NCBI GenBank assembly: GCA_051362555.1
Contig: CM120640.1
Location: 71,092,788-71,156,787 of the forward strand
Reading direction: 5' to 3'
DNA length: 64,000 nucleotides
Source of the DNA: Lingula anatina
Taxonomy: Eukaryota; Animalia; Brachiopoda
Shown in pieces: positions 14,276-24,987 of the stretch. Made by a program: the position numbers and the translations under genes. Under the pieces are notes generated by a model, which saw only the letters and a list, made by a program, of their open reading frames with translations, had not been told where the DNA came from and did not search any database. How positions within the stretch are numbered: the first letter of the stretch is position 1; each line of letters opens with the position of its first letter.

Positions 14276-17139
14276 TTAATGAAACAAAGCGCAGAGACTG
14301 GACATGGCGGCCACCAGGACGGCAGTCAGGACAGTACTATAACTGGACACTGGACCCCCAGGAGCAACGGAGCCCGTTGTATTGTTTTGCTACAACAACA
14401 AAATATAACAGTTTTACCAAAAAATGTATACTGTGATATACTTAAAATTGATAATATGATATAATATTTTCATACCAGTACATGCACCTCATTAAAATCT
14501 GTTACATTTTTACAAAATTATATAATTTTCATTTTTGCTACAATACCAAAATAACAGTTTTACCAAAAAAAGTATACTGTGATACTGAAAATTCTACAAT
14601 ATTATATATTTTCATACCAGTGCATCCACCTCAATAAAATGTTACATTTTTACAAGTAATATTTATGCTTGTACATGTTTCTATAATCATGCAGTACATG
14701 ATACACCACTATTATTTAAAGAATATTCGATGATGACTTACAGAGATGTCAGAAAGTAATAAATCTGAACATTTTAAAGAGCTGTAAGATATATATGTGT
14801 GTTTTCAATCAAGTTGGGCTAATCTGCCTTTTGGAGGTTTTCTGGTATCTCACAGCTGTCATTAAAACACAGAGGACACTAAGAGTTAACAGACCCCCCT
14901 CCCTCTCCCAGCTAGGTCACACCATGGAAGTACAATTAGGATGTTAATTATCATACCTAAGTATTCAAGTGAATTCAATTTGCCTGGAAACTGTCTCTAG
15001 CTCTGAAGCCAGGCAGTGCATTGATCTTTTTGTATACTTATATATATATACACTGTATATTCATCAATTATTCAAGTGCCTCCTGCTTACTCCATGTATA
15101 GTATGACAAATGTAATGGATTGAAGGCTGTGTGCCTGTTCAGTGAGTTATGAGACAATGAAATTGTAGCTTTAAAAAGACTTCTCCATTAGGTTATCATC
15201 ATGTATATCAATATAAATTTAGTGCCAGGTACATAGGACTCTTATATATGACTCTGTTTACAAAATGTTATCACTGTCCTCACATCACCCTGCTTTAGAA
15301 ATACAGTTGTAATAATAGCCAATTATGTCTCGCCATAGAAAAGGTTTAGCACATACATGGACACTGGTTTTGTTGGCACTGTCATATTATTATTGTTTTG
15401 TTATTTGCACACAAGGCCCAAGGCACCGTGTCTGCCTCAGTAAAAGACATCTGTCTTCTTATCATGTTTTTTTCCCTCTAGGGCTGGCTTTGTAATGTGG
15501 AGCCAAATAAAATTTCAAAGGCCAGACAAACACTCATAGATATTCCAATCACAGAAAAAATTATTCTGACATTGTATTATTTGCAGATAACACACTAGAT
15601 TTTGTTTTTGTATCTGAATGGTGTTCTTTTACCTGGCTGCCCCAACAATGAACTCGACTGTAAATCTATATTGCTCATCTTATATGTAATCATGTCAACT
15701 GAAATGATCTACTTTTTATGCAGACTGAGTAACATTTATCTAAAAGCCATCATACTGTACATGCCCCAGTGAGACAACTTTGCTGTAAGTCACCCAGAAA
15801 ACAGGAGCTGATCAATATTTTGTGACAGTTCACTTGGCCCTAGTGTCAGGACCATGTTTTGTTGGGGGTGAGTCACTCCCACTACAAATAAACATGAAAA
15901 AGATACATAAAACTTGGAATAGGATAAGAGCTGGTTTTTATCCTCTACAGTTGCACGCCCATACCAAACAGTTACTGCATAAGTTAAAATACTTTCTAAA
16001 ACACACCTATAGAAGTTTGTTATTTAAAATAGACACATTCCTGGTAAAAGCTTTCAGTTTCCTCAAAAAGTACATTTGCCGTCTTGTCCTTTTTCAGTAG
16101 TTTTGTGGTGTTATCACTCCAGTTTAGTCTATTGTTCAGTTGGACACCCAGTAATTCATATTCACAGACCTGTTTGACAGTTTTGCCATTAATTTCTATG
16201 GGACTTTTACAGTTCTGGTGTCTTCTATAGTCTACAGTCTTCTTTTGTTACCTACCATTGGTTAGTGAAACCGTTTTGAAATTAATTTTTTCCATTTGAA
16301 ATTTGGTTTATTGTTATTATCTCTTAAGACTTTTTTATCACAAAAATATCCCTATCTATGACGGCCCATGGGGTCTGATGGCAAGCAAAGATTCCAGAAT
16401 AATTGCAAGTACAGACTTCAGACTGAGTTGTTTATAATGCATGTTGTTAAATATGAATCTCATACAAATTTAAGTTATTATCCCTTTAAAAAGTGTCAGG
16501 GCATGATGCTACCACTAACCATAATGGGCTATTATCTTGATATAATAAGATTTCTACATATAAACTAAAATATTTTCGGTTAGATACAGGCCCCCAATTG
16601 TGAAGTGAACCAATCTTTTTTTTTTTGAAAAATCTTCTTTTTCCTTTTTTTTTTACACCAAAATTACAAATATTGTAAAATTATAAAATCATAAGAATTA
16701 TAAAAGTGCACTTTGGACATAATTTCAAATTAAAATGTATAATATATATAATAATATATGCAAAATATTTATATAATATGCAAAATATTTTATTAATTAC
16801 GGCACCCATTGAAATTCATACTGGCGCGCCATCCGATCTTTTCAAAACTTTATTTCGCGAAATCTATCTTTATTTCTAGTAACTGTCATAAAAAAGTATC
16901 GCACAAGACACGCGATAATACCTGCCACCATGTATATTGCGCACGAGCGGAGGTAATATCAACATGCGTATTGCGCACCGCTTTCATTCTATCATACCTG
17001 CCAACCAATAAATGAGATGTAAATGAATTAAAGACACTAACATACATAAATAAGTATATATACTTACTGCTAAGACATAGACAGTGTTTGTGGCTATTAA
17101 AATCACCACAAATAATGCAAGATACAGCTGTCGATACAT
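14276..17139 (-). CDS. 61-aa CD24/CD52-like GPI-anchored micro-glycopeptide precursor (signal peptide, short mature peptide, hydrophobic GPI-type tail)
   Basis: Exon 1 CDS 17139-17068 (context CAACAAC-ATG; MYRQLYLALFVVILIATNTVYVLA; donor GCA|GTAAGT). Exon 2 CDS 14389-14276 (acceptor ttttgttgttgtag; QNNTTGSVAPGGPVSSYSTVLTAVLVAAMSSLCALFH*). Phase-0 join. Candidate 3'UTR intron 14243-13809; minus-strand AATAAA near 13335 and 12681. Confidence 0.75.
14386..14655. repeat. Imperfect direct duplication (about 140 bp) of the intron 3' end next to micro-gene exon 2
   Basis: tttgctacaa..aaaat..taacagttttaccaaaaaa.gtatactgtgata..ttttcataccagt.cat.cacctca..tgttacatttttacaa occurs twice (about 14386-14516 and 14533-14655). 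Confidence 0.8.
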
Positions 17140-18330
17140 GTTGTTGTAAGGCGAGCTAGGTTGTAAAAAGCGCTTTTGTTCCTCACTCTCAGCTCTCAGG
17201 TAGCGGTGGCGGGAGGAGAAAGAAGGCGTGTCGGGTGCCACGAATTTCGAGAATGTTAGAGACTTTAGTGAGAGATATGTCAACCTTGAAAATGTGTACA
17301 TGAATACTTCATTAGTATTTTCTTGATATATGACAGCAAAAGAATTGTATGAATGCCATACGTCTACGAGAGTTTCCGCATCTGTGCGCTGCTATATTTT
17401 ACCATTCTTTATTTTTTATCATATCCGGCTGTCAAAATGGAACACGTGCAGCTTCCTTGTTAGTAAACAATGCTCTCTGATGATCTGACATTGATGCATA
17501 AAAACAGTAATCTATATTATTCATTAGATAACGTACACAGCAGGCGTTATTTGACTAGTTCTTCAGAAATGGAAACCTTACAGCTGCAGTCTGTACTGTT
17601 AATTTTTGCCCACTAAAATTGACGGAGAGAAGGTTGAAGCTGAAATTAGAAAATAGCAATTTTTTACTAGGACGCTGATTACAGGACGCTAGGACGCTGA
17701 TGCTTTTTGAAAAAATGAGACACAAAATACACAAGCTTTGTGCTTAAGCCTTCTGGGACACACTTTTACTGTTTACCTTTAAGTATTATTTAAATAAGTA
17801 TAACAAACTCCACGTCCGTTTTCAAATGTACATGGTAATGTTGATTTTGACAAGATGTTATACTGGTATGTACCAGAATATGTGGCACTACTACATTTCA
17901 ATTGCTTTTTATGTCTGTTGTCTGTAACCTTTTGTCTTTGAGGATTCTTATACATGTAAAATTTATGCTGGAGTCTCTGGGCATATTCTTTGAGCTTTGA
18001 TTCTTACGTGATCTCACTGTCCTATATATGTTGACATGCTAATAGTAGCTATAGTTAGGTTATACATCGTGTGTCTTTAACATATGTTATAGGCAAAAAT
18101 TTCTTTTTGAAATAATTTAAATCTCGCCCTTATAAGCCGGACATGTCTGTATGACACACCTTTCAATTATATCTTATCTTATCAATTCAATTACATTTTA
18201 GTTCACATCTTTAGTTCATATCTTACTATTTTAACCACCTTTTCAATTATTTTAGTTCATCTGATTCTGTTCATTTTACCCATGTAAAGTCTACTGAACA
18301 TTTTATATATGGATTTTAGACTATAAATAA

Positions 18331-18331
18331 A

Positions 18332-18368
<37 letters not shown>
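18331..18368. repeat. (TAT)n microsatellite
   Basis: About 12 TAT units read directly. Confidence 0.9.
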
Positions 18369-19209
18369 TCAAACCATAGCTGTTAAAAATTTTGTTTTTA
18401 GTTCCCATACATTCACCGAATACTTCCAAAGTACGAAGGCCTACCCGTATGTTGCCTGAATCAAACATGTGACTCCCAAGAAAGTTTTTTCATGTAAAGA
18501 TTTCAGTCGGAGAATCATGTTCATTAACATTGCTGTTGTGAACAACCACGATATCAAGTGAGTTTTTAAATGATATCCAAATGTTACTTATTTTCAAGTT
18601 TCACAATTCTGTTTCTATTTGATACTGGTTGTCAAATTACTTATCTGTGATATATTTCTTTTGCTTAATCTGTGTTACGTTAGACCTATACATCGAATGT
18701 CAAGAATTAAATTTTAATTTAAATATCTTTTAAAGTTAAACAAAATATAGAGACTAACACTTATTTAGAGGGAATTTTAGAAGTTATGTGCCTGCTTACA
18801 CTGCATTGGTTTTCCATTTAATAGTACAGGTGTGGGTGTAGATTCTCCTTTTCTCTAAAGTCTGACATTGCTATTTAGAAATAAGCCTTAATCCATCCTT
18901 TACAAGTAATACTTAAAATGGAATTTTACGTGAATTCAAAATCAACGTGTGTGACAAACAAAATCTTTAAAAATTGTACATCATTTATATAAATTTTAGA
19001 ACTAGACATATTACTCAGCAGGCATTAAAACATTTCAGCTAGGGTGATTTGTTAGGTAGATTTTGTCTCTGGCCTTCTATTCACAGAGAAGGTGTGGAAG
19101 ACATGATAGAGAGTTGATTCTTACTCTTAGAGATTATTTTAGTTTTCTCGGTGTGCTTTAATGTATTGAGTTGATATCTGAATTCTATTCAAGTACCACA
19201 AACTGCAGA

Positions 19210-21165
19210 ATGAAGATGAAGTTAAACATGATGGTCGTGGGTTTCTATGTTGTCTCCATGACAACAAAAATGTAAGCACTTGTGGTCATGATCAAATCTC
19301 TCTCTCTATCAGTGTATTGCTTTTCGTCCTTAATTCAGAGGTCTGTTTAAATCTGCTGAGATGGTTTTAATTTTTTTAATTAGGATGTATTTATGCTCAA
19401 TGTAGGATGATTTTGAAGTGCACAAACATTGTTTCACTGCTAAGGATTAATTTATAACACAAAAGATCATTCTGATGATATGCATCAGTTTCATGAAATG
19501 CTACTGTTTTGGTTCCTCATCAATGTCCAAGAACACAACAACGCCACACTTGCAAATTCCTCTCAGAAAGATTATTTGAATTTCACATGACATTGTTTTA
19601 GGGATTGTGCCCCTGTTAATGGCACGAAGCCTCAGCTTACAGCGAGGGAGATTGGGATATTGGTCTGCGATCCCACGGACACCAATAACGATGGCATCCT
19701 CACTAAACTGGAATGGGTTAGTGCAATGGCTAACATGGACTTTGACCGTAAGTTTTAGCATGTCTTGTCTGCAATAGTTATAATTAAGAAGCATAACTTC
19801 AGCTGGAATTTGTAACTGAATCTATTCTGGAACTTTTAACTGAATCTATTATTTAATAAATTTCTTATAATACCAAAAAATTTAGCATTGCACAAGATGA
19901 AGATGTAAACTCATACAATGTTGCATTATCTGAAAGAATAATTTCGTGAATCGATTGAATGTGAAATATAGATTATTGCCAATACCCATTATTCTTTGGG
20001 TTTTCAGACAATGATGAAGTTACGCACAGTGAGTTGCTGAGATATCTGGTCAAACTGGATAGCAGATTTCGGCCACTGTGGTCTCGTGCAATCTTTGAAT
20101 CGATTGATTTTGATAAAGATGGAGTACTGACAGAAGATGATATGTTTAAATTTGGGAAACTAGATGCCAATGGTGAGTGTTTCTTATGTCTAACATGGTC
20201 CCGTTTCTCAAACAACTGAAGAAGAACGCACTCTTTGCCTAAAACACAAATATAGTGTTTATAGTTGAATAAGGATATTAACCGTCGATCAAAAACAAAA
20301 TGTTCCTAAGTGTTCGTAATGACATTGCTCACATCATTAAACATCTATATCAACTAGAAGTAAATATATGTGTATACGACATGGCACAACGCATAAAATG
20401 ACAGTTGTTTATCTTATTCAGGAAATGGACAGACAGACAAGGATGAATGTATTGAATTATGTGAAAAGGTATGGTTGGTTTTGAATACCATTATTACTGT
20501 GAAAACAATCGCTCTTTTTAACTGTTTGAATCAGTCCAGTTGGATATATGTACCTCTAGTAGTGAAAAAGATTTTGTTACCTCTTGAAAGAATCTATAGA
20601 TAGGATTAAATACCCAACTTAATCAAAAATTAATATTGGGAGATTTAAGATAATTTTATCTAAACAACCACCATTCATTTTTTTTTCTGACAGCAAGCGC
20701 GTTTGACTTGGCTGCCATTAGGTTCGAGTCAGTGTTTGAAACCGTTATAGTTCATAGAAACCGAAAGTCTTCAGTGATTTTAAAAGCTTATAAATAAATG
20801 GGTTTATATTTGTAATGAACAGTATTTCAAAAAAATTTGATTAATAATTTGGTTCTACAATATTGTTTCAATTTAAGCTTTTGAAAAAGTACGACCCCAC
20901 GCTGGAGTAAACAGCTACCCACAATATTTGCCATAAGTGGTAAGTGCTGAATATGTGACACCTGTATTTGGCATATGTATCAATATATAGATAGATATCT
21001 GATGAAATATTTACATATGCAGTAGATTAGGTAAAATATATAGTACGTATTAGACTGAACTCCCAAAAGAAAACATATTGGTTTCAATCTTTTTTTCCTT
21101 TTCAGTTCCAGTTTTTAAGAAGACATCATGGCAAAAAATATAATGATGAATCATCAGTAGTTTGA
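19210..21165 (+). CDS. Putative secreted four-EF-hand calcium-binding protein
   Basis: Exons 19210-19271 (MKMKLNMMVVGFYVVSMTTK, signal-like), 19602-19747, 20008-20172, 20422-20468, then 21106-21165 (or 20694-20750). EF loops DTNNDGILTKLE, DFDHNDEVTHSE, DFDKDGVLTEDD, DANGNGQTDKDE. Possible upstream in-frame exon 18517-18557 after a TCAGT initiator-like motif. Confidence 0.85.
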
Positions 21166-21359
21166 GAATGTTATGTTGAATGCAACAATTCACTGATTAT
21201 TTCAAAATAAAAACTAGTGTGGTCAGGTGGCTTAAAGCTGTTTGTTATTATATCCCTTTGTAATTACCCTCATAGTCAATTATACACTAAGACAATTTGC
21301 CAGGATAATTTTGTGCAGTGCAATGTGACAGAGAGCCCTCCATGATAGATTCTGCTTCA

Positions 21360-21435
21360 CAGTGGCGGATTTAGAGGGGGGTCCGCTTTGCTGTGGACCC
21401 CCCCACCCCTTCAAATAATCTTGGATCCACCCCTG
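21360..21435. mobile_element. Short MITE with CAG(T/G)GGCGGAT...GGATCC(A/G)CCCCTG ends; a related copy lies at about 34620-34790
   Basis: Imperfect terminal inverted repeats cagtggcggattta / tggatccacccctg. Confidence 0.55.
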
Positions 21436-21561
21436 ATTTAGGAGTCATGAGAGTCATTGGTGTTATTCACGCTATATAATATGAACGTTTCATGCATCTC
21501 TGGAAATAAAAAGTGACTTTCACAGGTAACAAAAATACCCAATGGGCCCCTCCATGTAGTC

Positions 21562-21764
21562 CCCCTTAGCAAAATGAAAAGTTTGCAGCAACGAGTTTGC
21601 AACAAAAATTTTATTGCTGCTAATATTGCAGTATATTGTAGCAGATGTGTTGCAAATTTGCAAGAAGGAATTGCATTTTGCAGCAAAATTGCAGTAAATT
21701 TGCTGCCAATTTGCGGCAGGCCTGATATTTTGCTAATCTTGCATCTTCAAAATTGGGCACCCAG
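21562..21764. repeat. TGCAA/TTGCA subrepeat-rich non-autonomous element remnant
   Basis: Dense inverted and direct TTGCA(G/A) motifs. Confidence 0.45.
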
Positions 21765-21883
21765 ATAAATGTATATATGTAATAATAATTAAAATTTATT
21801 TTAAACATGCATTTTATTGAATATACATGTAACTGAGGCATTCATTCCCTAAACATTCTCATAATTACACAAAATTACACTAA

Positions 21884-22110
21884 GGGTGCTTTCCCAGAGA
21901 TTTAGATCGATCTAAAAAGTAAGTTTTAGATCGACCTAACTCCCTGGGGGTTCACGCTAAATTGCAGTCAGCCGAGCGGGCACCATAGTTAATTACCCCC
22001 TTACAGCTTTTAGTAGGCAGGACAGACGCTTTAGCCAGCCAAGCTGACAGTAATCTAGTGAGACTCCCCACAGGGATAGATCGATCTAAAAATCTATGGA
22101 AATGGGGTGT
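21884..22110. mobile_element. MITE with TAGATCGATCTA-containing TIRs; related fragment at about 63925-63990
   Basis: tttcccagagatttagatcgatcta ... tagatcgatctaaaaatctatggaaa are imperfect inverted repeats. Confidence 0.6.
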
Positions 22111-24987
22111 AATACAAACACCTGCTGAAATTCTTACACTGAACAGTACACATGCTACTGTGCACTGGTTTGTATACACAAGTAGAACACGTCCTAATTT
22201 ATTAACATGTGGCTGTTGGTGGATCATAACTGCTTCTTGACTTTTTTGTTCAACACTTACTTTGGTTCAAAAATAAAATCAAAAGCATGCATCGTCAATT
22301 TGAACAGATTAAGTATAACAGGTCATTTTTTCAGTGTAAAGAGTAAGAGAAAAATGACGCAACTATCTCTTTTTAACAAGTTGAGTTTATTAGATAATTC
22401 TCTGGACTTTGATGAAGTTACAGGGTTGGACCACTTGGGAGGATATCAATACATTTCTAAAGCATTAAAATATATTGGTGTGTCAAAGATAAAACAATTT
22501 TAACATCCATCTATCAAGGTATTTGGAAAATAAAGGATGAATGACAATTATTTACATATTTCTGTCTACTGAAAATACAGACAAGCTGGGCAATATTGCT
22601 ACCAGTACACAAAATTATCAGCCAAAAGTATCAGAAAGGCAAATAATTCAAGGCAGAAAAACCATTATGTTGTACAACGACAACAGCATATACCCCCTGT
22701 ACATACTGCAAATAATGATATCAGAACCCTAGGTATTGGTGTGACGGTTTCATAGCAAACTGAAAGCTAAAACTGTTGTACTTCTACACTTACTGTGGCC
22801 AGACCACCCCCATGTTCACTGGTGCATTTTCAAGATGGACCACACCTTTCTGTCACCTAAAGAGGATTAAAGCTAAAGAATTGCACTTTTTGTAGTATAC
22901 ATCTGATGTATGTATTGTTGAAGAAGCATCTTAAGGTTTTGGAACCCCTTTTCTAGATGAAACAACTCATGATGCACATTTCTGTTCATTGCTTGTACAT
23001 TTCATTTGCACAACAGTGGCTAAGTAAAATAAAATACTCAATATTTGTGATGCAATTAATAAGTTTAAGTCACGAGTCTTTCTAGTTGTTTTTTTTTTAT
23101 GCCAATGGCAAATATTTCTATATTGCAACACCCCATAACTGATGCAACTACACTGATGCCACTACAATTAATCTGAGATTCAAAGACACTAAAATAAATC
23201 TGAACAGTAATAATGATTGTTAAATGCAAACATGATCAAGGCCCTTAAGATACTTGGTTAGCTTAGTTTTTTTCTGTGAAAGAGAGCCCCTGATTACATT
23301 AAAAATGTACTCCGGCATATTTTCATATGACATGTTAACCTCAATAAATATATCACTTGCAGTATTTTAAGCAGATTATCAGTTTCAGAACAACGCTCTC
23401 CAGACACTCCAATAAAAACACAGCAACATGGAATGGGTGAAGACGGGGAAACAGAAGTCATTTTTTTCCCCCATAAATACATACTCATGAAATGTAATTA
23501 TTGAAGACTAAATATTACTACAGAAAATTATATAAATTCTTTTCTACATTTCAAGGAAGAATGTCTGTGGACTCTAACATTTCATACCTCCACTGACCAA
23601 ACATTTTTACTACTATATAAAATGGTAAATGGAATCTTCCCGTGGAAATTGAGCCAATAATACACAATTTGTCAGAAATATTCACCTATTAAATGTTGAA
23701 ATGATAAGCATATTAAATATGAACACAAATTTACACTCAAAGTTGCAACCATATAATCTTAATAACTAAACAATAATTTATCATCTCTAAAATATTCAGC
23801 TTTAACTATCTTTCAAAATCACTGACAAAGATCACTTGTGTTCAGATAAATGCATTAAAGCAACATTGTCCAAGGTCAGCAGTCAAGGAACAAGCTTCTA
23901 ATTTTAAAAAGAAAAAAGTCAAATCATGTGTTTGTATCATATTTTCATAGTTTTTTCATTCTTCATAACTAACACATTTTCAATGCAAATTCTACTTATA
24001 ACAGAAAACATTTGATTTGTTTGAACAAATGTCACCTTTCTGTGGCAAAAATGTCTATTTTCTAGTCAACAGCAGCCATGCCTCTGTGACTGTTTGAAAG
24101 ATACAAACTGCAATATCTGTGACAGATAACAACCAAGTATATACTTGTACTGGTATTTTCGGCAAGGAAGGTTACAAGTGGCACAGAAATCATTTGGTTT
24201 GCTACAAGTTGCATCATTTGTGCATTTTTCAGGGAAATTTCCTGTGAAGGTGTGGCATCTGTGCTGACAGGGAGTAAAGGACCCATCACAAATGAAACGC
24301 TCTAGATAGTCAAATTATTGAAAAAAAATCTATTTAAAATGTTTAATTGTAGAGATGTTCTACTTTTAAACTGTGGTGATCGGATGAGAAGTAGCCACAA
24401 TAACAGTATATAATTTCCTGGTGCTGACCATCAGATCTGATTTCTACACAATGAAACAGTGTATCTTTATAATGGGTGCATGAAAATGGGCATTCAAACA
24501 GGGGTTTTCTAACTTAAATTTTTATATTTACGAGATTGCAAAAATCTCCCAATTCTTCAATTAATTTTAATGTTCAGCAATAAATAATATCAAACATGAA
24601 ATGAAGAAAACCATGTTCATGTAACAATCAATCTTCTAAAATGATGTTTTTTAGCACTTCATATAAATTCAACATGCCAAATACTTGGTGTGGGTGACCA
24701 AGTATCTAAACATCCTGCGCTTGTCCTAAGTCTATTACCAGAACAACAGTGCCATCTATCTGTGACTGGCAACACTTCACATTGCTGTAGGTGAGAACAA
24801 CCATTGTACTCTGGTCTAAGGACAACAACTCTTTTTTTTTAATAAGTAGCACACCAGTGTCTTCATGCTTTCAATATTTGTTAAGAAATATCTCTGAGTG
24901 AAGCTAACCATTTTCTTTCTTTTTTTTTATATTTTATTGCCTCATTTTTGGTCTTCTCCATATCACGTTACAGCTGGTTACATATGC

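Noticed and set aside
15633-15657. Possible 25-nt cassette exon within the micro-gene intron (tttacag...CAG|GTAAAA, minus strand)
   Set aside because: It would shift the frame and destroy the GPI tail; no other support.
16984-17301. 105-aa ORF as a single-exon protein
   Set aside because: It contains the signal-peptide exon; the consensus donor at 17067 and strong ATG context at 17139 favour the spliced model.
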